A stretch of DNA of 63,077 nucleotides, counting the filler, from Octopus bimaculoides (lineage: Eukaryota), in assembly GCF_001194135.2 (NCBI RefSeq). It is 7 parts of 6 records of this genome, joined end to end, with 100 filler letters (N's around TTAATTAATTAA, not from the genome) between each part and the next. Parts side by side here need not be neighbours in the genome. Positions count along the whole stretch, not along the records: positions 15,089 to 29,531 come from NC_068981.1; positions 29,632 to 46,967 come from NC_068996.1; 5 more parts are not named here. The stretch is one strand, 5' to 3'. Position numbers and translations under genes: made by a program. The notes under the pieces were generated by a model. The model was not told where the DNA came from. It made no database searches and saw nothing but the letters and a program-made list of their open reading frames with translations. Positions 25,969 through 37,269 of the stretch are shown piece by piece. Each line of letters begins with the position of its first letter. Position 1 is the first letter of the stretch.

Positions 25969-28274
25969 ATGGCAGAGAAAAGAGTATTTCGAGGTGCGAC
26001 ATATGGAAATTATTCTATAGAGAAAAAAACCAAACACTTGCTATCGTGCTGAACAAATGCAAAAAAGAGTATGATTCTGAATTAGAGCGTATGAAAGAGA
26101 AAACTCATTGGAATATTAAAAGGAAACGCCATGTCTCAGACACCTCGAAACAGGAGTATCTCACCAAAGCAGTTCCTGTGTTTTACTCGAGTTTGGCCGG
26201 TGTCGAAAACTCCGATCGACTATGTGATTCTGCTGTTAAAGTAGCCAAACGCTGCTATGAAAAATATCTGAAAGATAAACTTGACAGCGCTGAAAACAAA
26301 TCCGAAGAAACGTTTGACAGAGTAGGTCATAAAACAAAATCGGTAGATGTGAGAGACGCCTTGTTTGAATGGTTTGTGGATATAAGAACATCGCTGCATG
26401 CAAGATTTCTACAAGCTCTTTTCCTATTAAAGGCTAAGAAATGTTATGAATAGGTTTGCCAACACCCAGGCACACCAACAGGAAAAGCTTAGTTTTGCAA
26501 AAAACTGGATGAAAGCTTGGCAAAAAGTGTATGGATTATCACTTAAATTTCCAAACAAACGCATTTCAGTCTCCAAAGAGCAATCTGTTGAGCGCAATCA
26601 GGTTAATTTGAAGAACATATGGATTGTGTGTCATTATTTCCTTGACAGATTTGGCGTAGATCCTCTTATTATCAATGGAGATCAAATGCCTTTGCACCAG
26701 AATGAAATTAGCGAACATGCTACCTTATCATTCAGAAATCGAGATACGTTCGTCAAAGAAAACTACCATTTGTCTAAAGAATGTATCACTGTGTTCACTC
26801 AGGTTAACAATGATGCCAAGATCAATCTTATCCCGAAGTCTGTATTCAAACGAACTGGAAAAATACTACCACTACTGAATGTCCTGTCTACAATGAAGTA
26901 GCAATGGTCTCCTAAAGTGTCATATAGATTAGAACAGCTGTTCTGTACTGTTGAAAACCTTCCAAACCGATTCAATATGTTTTCACATGCAAGCTTTGCC
27001 ATTTATACGCTCGATGACCACATGGTGCATTTGATGCCGGAGGTGCGAGTCATCATCGGTCGTGGTGTCACAGAGTTTGTTCAAGTTAATGACAGGCACT
27101 TACACAAACAACTGAAATCAAAATATCGCGAAATGGAGAATGAAAAGATGCTAGAAAAGTTAGTTCAAACTCCGAATCACGTCCAATCGATCCGAGATGC
27201 TGCGGATGCTCCATCAAGCACATGCGGATTGCAAGATTGGTGTAGAAGCAGCTTTCAAGTCGATGTGGGCCACAAACGTGTTCGATGTCTCTGAAGATTA
27301 TGTGTCAGACCGAATCATGCACCTCGTCGGTCTGTCGGTGCGAGAGTTTCGTCTAGAGATGATGTCAAAACCCTGTCCAAATACTATTCAGAGAGTGATT
27401 AAGCACTTAATTCCACCAAAAGGGGTCAAGCGTGCAAACAATATTGAAGGCTCAGAACTATTTGATGGTGACAGCATTGAGGAAAAAGCTACCGGAAGTG
27501 AGACGGAAGATGAAAGTGAGTCGGAAGTGATTGATACATCTGAAGAAATCCTCATGGAAGTTTCGCAGGAGCCAAAGCTCGGTCGGTTAAACATGATGAC
27601 AGGAAGCTCTATCTCTTTTGTAGGAATCAGTAGTGATGATCAGGTTAATAAAAGTGCCTCTTTCCTTGAAAAAATAGAGAATGTATTGGATGAAAACGAG
27701 ACTTCTACAATTCCTTGTCATATCGAAGCAAACTCATTTCAACTGTCAGTGAAGCCGAGCGATCTGTAAAGAAGCGAATATCGAAACCGAGAAACCTGCA
27801 GAAGGACAGTGACGAAAAATCACGAGTCTATCATTTATACCTATTTACGGAGTACTATGTTCTATTATGTATAATATAATACATACGGCAAGTTCACGAA
27901 GTTCTACTTTTCTTTCTTTCTAAGACACGTTGTTTGTATCAACATCTGTTTAGTCCACAGCTTTTAAAAACAAATCCCATAATTACCATAATTAACAAAT
28001 GCCTTATTTTTATCATCCAAATGTATATCTTAAGTGAACGTTTGAAGCACACGTATGTGCTAATTTCACTGGTCTCTTGTTAAGTACTTTTGCCTCGTTT
28101 TGTCGTTATATGTACTTTAAGATGCTTTTTTCCTAATTTTCGTACATACGCTATACACTTAGTGATTCCAACCCAACCCCGTTTAATCCGACCCACATGC
28201 TTATATGAATTTAAGCAGATGCCCAGCCCACCGGCTTATTCCAACCCCCACCTATTATTTGGAACCTGAGAGTA
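25969..28274 (+). mobile_element. pogo/Tigger-family DNA transposon, frameshifted transposase and probable right TIR
   Basis: CENP-B-like HTH segment DALFEWFVDIR, DDE_1-type motifs NGDQMPLH, LDDHMVH, QVNDRHLH; end ...ATTATTTGGAACCTGAGAG+TA. Left TIR not found. Confidence 0.8.
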
Positions 28275-28460
28275 GGCCAAATGGTCACGTGTTCAGCTGA
28301 AGATAGAGGTGAAGGGCGAGAGAAAAAGACGAGTGTAAAAGAGGGAGAGAGAAGTGTTAACGGCGTGCTGTAGAGTGAGGAAGGAATACTTATTGTGTGG
28401 TTAGAAGTTAACTGAAGAGAAAGGTAGATGAGAGAGATGGAGAGGGGAGGCAGTTATATT

Positions 28461-28463
<3 letters not shown>

Positions 28464-28551
<88 letters not shown>
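28464..28551. repeat. (GA)n microsatellite
   Basis: Directly visible. Confidence 0.98.
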
Positions 28552-28555
<4 letters not shown>

Positions 28556-28699
28556 GCAGATAGCGGTAGTGGTTGTGGTGGTGTGTTGATTTTGAAAATA
28601 TTTTTGTTATAGAACTAATTTATAATAGCGATTATTGCATACGCATAAGTGCAATTATTTATCGTCTACTCGCTTAAAAACATATTTTTTTTATAAGAG

Positions 28700-28900
28700 T
28701 TAATTTAGCCGAAACTCTAGAATCACAAAAAAACGGTTGCAACCTGTCCGAGAAAGGGTACGCAGATACTGAACACAGATGATAAAGAACAGTGGGAAGA
28801 TACAATAAAAAGAATAAAAAGACAACAACGACGGAAACGTGACGAAATGAATGTAGACGAACGCCAAGAGTGTTTCAAAAAAGGTAAACTATGAATGCGA
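28700..28900 (+). pseudogene. Possible Helitron Rep N-terminal charged-repeat remnant
   Basis: AETLESQKKRLQ-like reading with many stops. Confidence 0.3.
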
Positions 28901-29473
28901 TAAAAATGCAAATCGTCCTTTCTTTCTTAAATAGGTCCTCTTTATTTTTTCCATTCCGTGAAATTTACACGGGTCTTACAAGTATATATTATAGAAGAAG
29001 AAAAGGATTTTTAAAATCCAGGCTGATATCAACATAAGTACTGTTTTAAACGAATTTGGTTAACTATATCTAACAACCAGACACTAATAAATGTAATTAG
29101 ATTTCACATCCAAATTCCTCATGTATGACATGTGGATCCAAATGTAATCTAGCAAAACATTCGAGAACTTTAGAGTACTAGACAAGAAAAACGCATATAG
29201 GGAAAATAACATCTTTCATTGTAGAATTTTTCCTTAGTTAACTTGGAGTTTAGCTAATATTGGATCGCCCTGAAAACGTTATGTTGACATATATATCAGA
29301 AAATATTAATTTCAATGATATTTTCTATATCTAAGTATCTTAATACAATACAACACAAAGATTGTCGGTTTTGTAAAGTGAATTCTACAGTTCAACATGT
29401 GATGTAATTTTCTCTCTACGTACTATTGTCATATACGTACATATATGCATACATACATACATACATACATACA

Positions 29474-29531
<58 letters not shown>

Positions 29532-29772
29532 NNNNNNNNNNNNNNNNNNNNNNNNNNNNNNNNNNNNNNNNNNNNTTAATTAATTAANNNNNNNNNNNNN
29601 NNNNNNNNNNNNNNNNNNNNNNNNNNNNNNNATTCTATATCCCACATTGGTTTTGCAGGAATATAAATAAAACATAAAAAACAGACAGTGTTGGAACTCT
29701 TTTAAACAAAATAATATATTCCTCTATACACAATCATACAAAAAAAAACCCTTTTTTGTATTTATTTTTACT

Positions 29773-29808
<36 letters not shown>

Positions 29809-29873
29809 CACATATTTCATACACACTCACATACGTAATTCAAGGGCCATGAGTTTTGTACATTGGCACTTAC

Positions 29874-29957
29874 CAAATATCAAAAGTTTGTAAGTGCCAA
29901 TGAATGAATCTCTCAGCCTTTGAGTCACTTTCTAAGTTCTGCTGATCTTTAATAATC
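29874..29957 (-). CDS. Candidate exon, 84 nt, phase 2 to 2
   Basis: Consensus donor TG|gtaagt; reads (R)IIKDQQNLESDSKAERFIHWHLQTFDI(W); acceptor weak. Confidence 0.55.
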
Positions 29958-30849
29958 CTGCTTGTCATTACGTTACTTAGCCCGTTGGTAATGATTTCAC
30001 ATGATTAGAGTAAAAGACAGAGAAAGAAAAGGAGAGAGAAAAAGAGGGAGAGAGAAAAAGAGGGAGAGAGAAGCATCCATGACGTGAGGTAAAGGGAATG
30101 TAATTGTAATGCTTCCCCGTGATTAGTTGAAGGGAAAGAGAGGAGAAAGAAAAAGGAGAAAGAAAAAGGATAAGGTGAAGAGCGAGACAGAAAAAGAGAG
30201 AAAGAAACATTCATGACATGAGGTAGGAGGAACGTAATATTTATTATGTTGTTAATAAAGCTAGTTGAAGGTAGAGGAGGAAAGTTAAAAATATAATTTT
30301 AGCAGAGGGGTGATGTTCTGATGGTGAGGTTAAAGAAAGGCAGAGAAAGCGGAGGGAGAGAGTGGAGAGGAGAGAGAGAAAGTGCAATTCCATGAAATAT
30401 TCACACTTATTTATGTGGCAGATATATGCAATTTCACTAAAAGTTGTACGGGATATTTTTTTTTAAGAGTGAATATTTATTTTATGAGTGCCGTGTATTA
30501 AGTCTATAAAATTGTGCATAAAGTATCTACAGTGTATATATAAAGTGCATTAAGCAATCATTGTATCCAATTTCTTTCACGTTTCAATGAGTAGCAGATG
30601 AGTGACTTTCATTTCATACACACACAACACTGGCTATGCTATCAGGTATTTTGGATAAAGTTTTCAGGAATAACCCAATAGGTTTACCATTAATTGTGAA
30701 ATATTCATGGATCCTGCTAGTTAAATATAAAATATATATAGGTGCGTATGTGTGGCAAGAAGCATGTCTGGTACTGTAGCCTTAGGTCAACTAAAGCCTT
30801 GTGAGTGGATTTCGTAGAAGGAAACTAAAAGAAGACCATCATATACGTA

Positions 30850-31760
30850 CAGGGTGCAGTGAATAAATTGTCATCTAAATTATGCAAAAATGAAAATAGC
30901 ACTGACATCTCATTTTAACAGATATATTTATCAAAATTACATGAAAATATCTTGAAATACTAAAGAGTAAATTTATTCTATAAAATCATCATTGGCTTCA
31001 ACCATGGCCTCTAGACAGCTTCGGGATCTTCTGCAACTCTTCTAGATGGTCTCCTTGTTTAAGTTGGTGAGTGCTGCCATAATCCTTGCCTTCAAGGAGT
31101 TTTGTTGGTTTCTCACTCAACTGCACTCCACACATGTTTTGGGGATACAGCAAAACAACAGTTGTTCTGTGTGTTAACCATCTGATCCTTGCAGAAATTT
31201 TTCTCATCTGAGAAAAACCAAAGCATGTTCAATTGGAGGGGATGCTTGAGTTTATTCAAAAGCTTCATAGCACAGTCTTTCCTCTTGTCCTTTCATGGCT
31301 TGGGATAAAAATTGGTCCTTTCTCATCTTGTATGAGGAATACTGAATGTCTTTATGCACTACCTGCCTGATAAGAAACTCAGGCACTCCCATGTCCCTGG
31401 CGATGGACCTCATTGACTTGGAGGGATCATTGTCAATCATGGCCTGGATCTCACCAACAAATTCAAGAGTTCTTTCTTTTCTTATCAGAATAACCAGAGT
31501 GTGTTTTCCGAACTCCTGTACCTTTGTAATCACCATTAGACTCATCCAACTCTTTCCAAATCCTCTGCACTGTCCTCAGATTGACACCCAAGCACTCTGA
31601 AATGTTCATATTGGAGCTTCCAGCATAAATGCCAAGCAGTACAGCATGTCATTTCCAAGTTTCTGGTAGAGTGAATTGCATCATGGTGCTGTTTTTTCCG
31701 AACTCCTGTACCTTTGTAATCACCATTAGACTCATCCAACTCTTTCCAAATCCTCTGCAC
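30850..31760 (-). mobile_element. Tc1/mariner-superfamily transposon with internal deletion
   Basis: MMQFTLPETWK...EIQAMIDNDPSKSMRSIARDMGV...FFSDEK and C-terminal RLEAMVEANDDFIE-stop; TA + CAGGGTG TIR at 30848-30856; middle of the catalytic domain missing. Confidence 0.88.
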
Positions 31761-32324
31761 NNNNNNNNNNNNNNNNNNNNNNNNNNNNNNNNNNNNNNNN
31801 NNNNNNNNNNNNNNNNNNNNNNNNNNNNNNNNNNNNNNNNNNNNNNNNNNNNNNNNNNNNNNNNNNNNNNNNNNNNNNNNNNNNNNNNNNNNNNNNNNNN
31901 NNNNNNNNNNNNNNNNNNNNNNNNNNNNNNNNNNNNNNNNNNNNNNNNNNNNNNNNNNNNNNNNNNNNNNNNNNNNNNNNNNNNNNNNNNNNNNNNNNNN
32001 NNNNNNNNNNNNNNNNNNNNNNNNNNNNNNNNNNNNNNNNNNNNNNNNNNNNNNNNNNNNNNNNNNNNNNNNNNNNNNNNNNNNNNNNNNNNNNNNNNNN
32101 NNNNNNNNNNNNNNNNNNNNNNNNNNNNNNNNNNNNNNNNNNNNNNNNNNNNNNNNNNNNNNNNNNNNNNNNNNNNNNNNNNNNNNNNNNNNNNNNNNNN
32201 NNNNNNNNNNNNNNNNNNNNNNNNNNNNNNNNNNNNNNNNNNNNNNNNNNNNNNNNNNNNNNNNNNNNNNNNNNNNNNNNNNNNNNNNNNNNNNNNNNNN
32301 NNNNNNNNNNNNNNNNNNNNNNNN

Positions 32325-32355
<31 letters not shown>

Positions 32356-33311
32356 CAGATAGATAGATAGATGGATAGATGTATGTGTGTGTGTGTGCAT
32401 TAAATAAATAGGTAGGTAGAGAGAGAGAGAGATAAGTAGGTAGATAGACGGATAGATAGATATATAGATAGATAGATAGATAGATACACAAGACAGTCAG
32501 AAAGGCAGATAACATAGTTTACTTAAGCCAGCCCACAGCCTTTTCTCTCGAATGACAGGCTAATGGACCGGCTTAGCCACAGGTTAATTAAGACACTGTA
32601 TTTCTGTGAACATAAGTTTTATTTTATTGTGTCTAGGAAGAGTCATAAAGCCAATATTATTAACACATGCACTGGTTTAATCCCATTCCTTATTATTAGT
32701 CAATTGGTTAAATATCCAACAAACCGATTGCTTGTTTAATTTAGTTAATCGGTAAGCCATTTGTTTTGCTTTTGTTTGTCAAAGTTCATTCATTGATACT
32801 TCCAACCTTTTCAACGAGTTTTTTTGTTTAGATCAGTTTGAAACAAAAAAGTTTTGCATCATAGAACCAGTGGCAGTCACAGGTGGGTCAGTACCAAGAG
32901 GCTAAACTTATGCCCTCTGTTGGGTATTGAATATTTTTTCTCTGGCTCGTTACCCAACAATGGTGTGTGTGTATTTATAGTTTCATGATGCATTTCACTG
33001 ATGCTCTGGCATGTATCATCAATAATGTTTCTTGAGGTCTCAGGTTTCATGTTTTTAACGTGCATGTATAAGTGCGCGCGCGCACGTGTATAAATCAGCA
33101 GCAGTTCCAAGTTGGCTCAAGAGCCGAAAGTTTGGTACATATCACTTATTAAAATGAGAAGAGTCACGTACGAAAACTCTCGACCTTTGAATCACACTTC
33201 ATGTGTGTGTATATAGGCCACCGGCCATTAGGGTCTGACGAGACGTATGACCCTGGGTAACTTTGTGAACCAGCCATAGCTTTCTTTCTCCAAATATATA
33301 TATTGCCTTCT

Positions 33312-33545
33312 ACTATAGCCTGGGGACGACCAAAGTCATGTGAGTGCATTTGGAAGACGTCCCCCACCACCATCGCTTGACAACCAATGTTGGTGTATTT
33401 ACGTTCCCGTAACTTAACAGTTCGGCAAAAGAAATCGATAGAATAAGTTCTAGGCTTACAAAGAATAATCCTGGGTCGATTTGTTCGACTAAATGCAGTG
33501 CTCCAGCATGGCTGCAGTCACATGACTGAAACAGGTAAAACAATA
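33312..33545 (+). mobile_element. SINE family B, partial
   Basis: CTTCTACTATAGCC...CCAGCATGGCTGCAGTCACATGACTGAAAC. Confidence 0.85.
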
Positions 33546-33759
33546 AAAAAATACAAACACACACACACACACACCAGATATTTGCTTTTTCTTTTTAACG
33601 AAACGTCGAGTCGTCGATGATCAGGAAGAAATATAAGAGTGTAATGAAAATAAAAATTAAAAAATATTCAGGGATGCACAAAATATACACTCGGTTTAAA
33701 ATTTACATAAACATGTATGCGTGCGTGTGTGTTTGTGCTTTTCTGTACTTGCGTTAGTG

Positions 33760-33796
<37 letters not shown>

Positions 33797-33815
33797 ATAA
33801 AAGTACAATGTTTAC

Positions 33816-33976
33816 CTGTCAGTTTTCCCATCGAAGATGTTCATATTTACCGGTTGATATGTTATATAAGTTAGAATGGACTGGGTGTATAAATGTGTTG
33901 TCACTGGAACACAAGTGTATCGATTGGCAAGTAGTGTCCTTTTAGAAGTACATCGAAGAAAACCTTTTATAAATAT
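33816..33976 (-). CDS. Candidate exon, 161 nt, phase 0 to 2
   Basis: tatatttcag| and AG|gtaaac; only one frame open: IFIKGFLRCTSKRTLLANRYTCVPVTTHLYTQSILTYITYQPVNMNIFDGKTD. Confidence 0.6.
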
Positions 33977-34307
33977 CTGAAATATATACAAACACATTCA
34001 AACATAAGTATATATGTAATTACAAAATAATATAATTATTTCATAAAAATTCATAAGGAAAACAGGATCGACCAGAAAAAATGCATGAACAAACAAATTA
34101 ATGTTATTGAAAGTGATTATGAAATTATATTTGGTAATGGGAGGTGGAGACCAGGGAATAAGTATGAAAATGTACCGTTTATTTAATGTTTGGTTGCTCG
34201 TTGCAGTTGCTGTCATTAAAAGTTCGATAGAAGATTTTAATGTTATTAAGAGCACCGGATTAATGTACATACCAGTATTTAGTTTAATACGTTATATATA
34301 TTCTAAC

Positions 34308-34363
34308 CCACTCTTGATCAATTTGGCTCTTTATCCCTCCGATGTACGATGGATATTGATAAT
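34308..34363 (-). CDS. Candidate exon, 56 nt, phase 1 to 0
   Basis: gaacttcag|...TGG|gttaga; reads (N)YQYPSYIGGIKSQIDQEW. Confidence 0.5.
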
Positions 34364-34578
34364 CTGAAGTTCAAGTAATCTACTGGAATTAAAATCATTC
34401 TCTTTTATCATTTCCTTAGCAAAGAACATAATCGAATTATTTGTGTAAGATTGCAAAATAAATATAAATACCATTGAAAAAGTATTGTTAAATTATGATT
34501 GTTGATTATGTTATCTGTATCTAAGATAACGTATGAAGTTATATAATGAACGTAAGTCATATATATTGTAGAGTGCCC

Positions 34579-34615
<37 letters not shown>

Positions 34616-35637
34616 AGATACACAGAAAGAAAAAAATATCCTTACTATGTGCGAAAGTATGCACGTACTTTTCTGTGTGTTAATGTAAGTTTGTGTGTAT
34701 GTGAATAGATACACAGAAAGATAAAATATCCTTACTATGTGCGAATGTATGCACGTACTTTTCTCTGTGTGTTAATGTAAGTTTTTGTGTGTGTGTGTGT
34801 GTGTGTGTGCATGAAAAATCCAACAAACTAGGGATATTAATTCAATTACAATCTCTTACAAAAAAAAAAAATCTGAAATGTTATCGCACCTGATAAAGTG
34901 TGTGAAGCAGCAACAGGTCTAAACTAAATAAACTAACATGAATCTCAAATTTATATAGAAGAAATTCAAGTTCACAAAAATTTATTCTTGAAGTGCCTCT
35001 ATTTAAATCAGAAAATGGGTTTCCCAGAAAGTGAAGAATTACGTGGAAAAAAAACCCACACCTATATCTTTTTCTGGGTCACCTAACAGTTTAACGTGGA
35101 CGAAAAATATTTGTTGTCGTCTTTCTGTCGATCTCTTCCTCTCTCTCTCTCTCTCTCTCCTCTTTATTGCTTATACATTCATTTGTTATTTCATTGTGGT
35201 GCAAGTATACATTTCTAACATTGCTCCAGGTCCAATAAATATTTTGGGAAATTACAGTCGATTAAAGTTCCCTCATTATATAACTATTATCTCCTTTATC
35301 AACCCATGTGGAATTTTAGCTTAACAATCTGAACCGAAAAAATACTACATGACACACGTTACATTGCTCTTAAGTTTTAGCTTTTCTTGCCAAAATGGGA
35401 AAAAAAAGTTGGGATTGGCTGAATCGGTGGCGACATTGGTATTCCCTGACATACTGAATTACGTCAAATTATGATCAACATGTTGCTTATCGAGAAACGG
35501 ACGTAAAAAAAGTGATTATTGTTAATAAAAACACCACCATCTCTACTACTACTGTTACTATTACTACATCGTCATCATCGTTTTCCTTGTCATCGTCATT
35601 AAGTATTTCAAGCACCACTTGAAGAGGATGGTCATAC

Positions 35638-35753
35638 TGGCGAAGGAAAAGAAGTCTTTTGGAAAGTTGTGTAAAAATGCTAAGCATGGACTGTACGAAT
35701 AGGTCTCCTGTAAATCTATGCCTGTATAATGTGGAGGAATATTGGACAGGACC
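35638..35753 (-). CDS. Candidate exon, 116 nt, phase 2 to 1
   Basis: tattgtccag|...A|gtatga; reads VLSNIPPHYTGIDLQETYSYSPCLAFLHNFPKDFFSFA. Confidence 0.6.
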
Positions 35754-35837
35754 CTGGACAATATACAGGGCCGGATTAAGATCCACAGATGCCCTAAGCA
35801 CTTAAAAGATTTTTGTGTCCCCGTATATATACATACA

Positions 35838-36040
35838 CGAGCGGGTGCTGAAAAGTTCTTGGCTTTAAGGGTGTCGCGAATGTCCAACCTTCCGAGTTCT
35901 TTTACATGACTTAAGAAACTGAAAGATCGCTGCAATACACATGTGAATCTGAGAGGGGAATATGTTGAATAAAATCATTATTAACTGATCCTCTTATATT
36001 TTCTTTTACCCAAAGCCAGGAACTTTTCAGCACTCCCTCG
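35838..36040 (+). mobile_element. mariner-derived MITE (internal deletion derivative)
   Basis: TIRs CGAGCGGGTGCTGAAAAGTTC and GAACTTTTCAGCACTCCCTCG+TA; transposase stub KKLKDRCNTHVNLRGEYVE-stop. Confidence 0.85.
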
Positions 36041-37269
36041 TATATATTTAATCCAAAATTTAAACAATAATAAACCATAAAATAAATATTTATTTTTCAA
36101 GATGAAGCAAAACTAACAGTTAGATGGAAAATAATGTTAATTTTTGTACACTTCCACTTTATTTAAATTTGAAAAAGATTTTCTTACTTTTTTATTAATT
36201 ACAAAGTCTTTGATCAGATCCTCCCTATGACACTATAAACACTGAAAATATATTTCCAATCATATAAACCAGCTCAAATATTAATTTAACAAGTTTAAAA
36301 TGATTTCTTTTGTGCTGTAAACTATTTATCACTTCTGTGGTGCACTCCTTCCCATGATTCCCCAAGCATGTACTTATTTTGCATAATGGTTAATCCACTA
36401 CTAGCGGCACAGGTCAGTTTAGGGAGTGGAGCAATCCCTACTTGGCCCTAGGTGGATGTTCTCTGTGGTTAAAGATATTCACACAGTCACATCATGTGCC
36501 CTCTCATAAATATTATGTCTTTATGTGTGAGGCTGGTTTTGTGGTCATTCCATCCACATGGTTTTGGATTCTGTTCCACCTTGTGGCATCTTAGGCATAT
36601 GTCTTCTGCAATTCTGGGTCAATGCAATGCCTGGTGAGTGAATTAGTTTAATGAATTCTGTAGGAAGTTCGTTGTACATGTATATACATATATGTGTGTT
36701 GTAGATTTGAAACCAAATTGGCAAATTCCCAAGTTAAAATCACAGCTTAATAATAGCCTTTTCATGTGATCAGCTGGGTTATGGATCAATCAGCTTTGAG
36801 ACTTTATATGATTTAACTTTCTAGAATGTCCCATTACACAGCTTATAAATAGGCATACTTTTAGTACCAACTTTGCAGAGTATCGAAGACCAGGCAAAAT
36901 GCATCTCCACTCTTGCCAGGCATATTATGCAGAGGCTGGCTGATTCATTTCACATGTCTCAGCTCTCATCTCAGTTTGTGGATGGTTGCAGCTAAGCTAA
37001 GCTCATTCTCATTTTGCTACTTTTAACAGTTGTAGTGACCCTTGGTGGCTACAACGGCAAGCAAAATGGAAAAGGGATGTAACAAGAGTAATCTTCCTCA
37101 AGCTTCTAGAATGTTCGAGATTTTAGTAGAAAGTGGGTTATACATCTTTAGATTGTATACCTGACGTGTAGGATGCATATAGATAAGGTCCATAGATAAG
37201 GTCCATAGACAAGGATCTGACTATTGGAAGTTGAACAAGTCCTTATTGGATTGTGAAACTTACCCTAGC

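Noticed and set aside
33816-35753. Assigning the hidden gene to B4GALT, DUF1647 or CatSper auxiliary subunits
   Set aside because: Only loose local resemblance (YPSYIGG, PENY); the diagnostic motifs such as WGWGGEDD or YRWKP are absent.
37039-37080. Plus-strand VVTLGGYNG as a kelch exon
   Set aside because: Single short match with no other kelch repeats.
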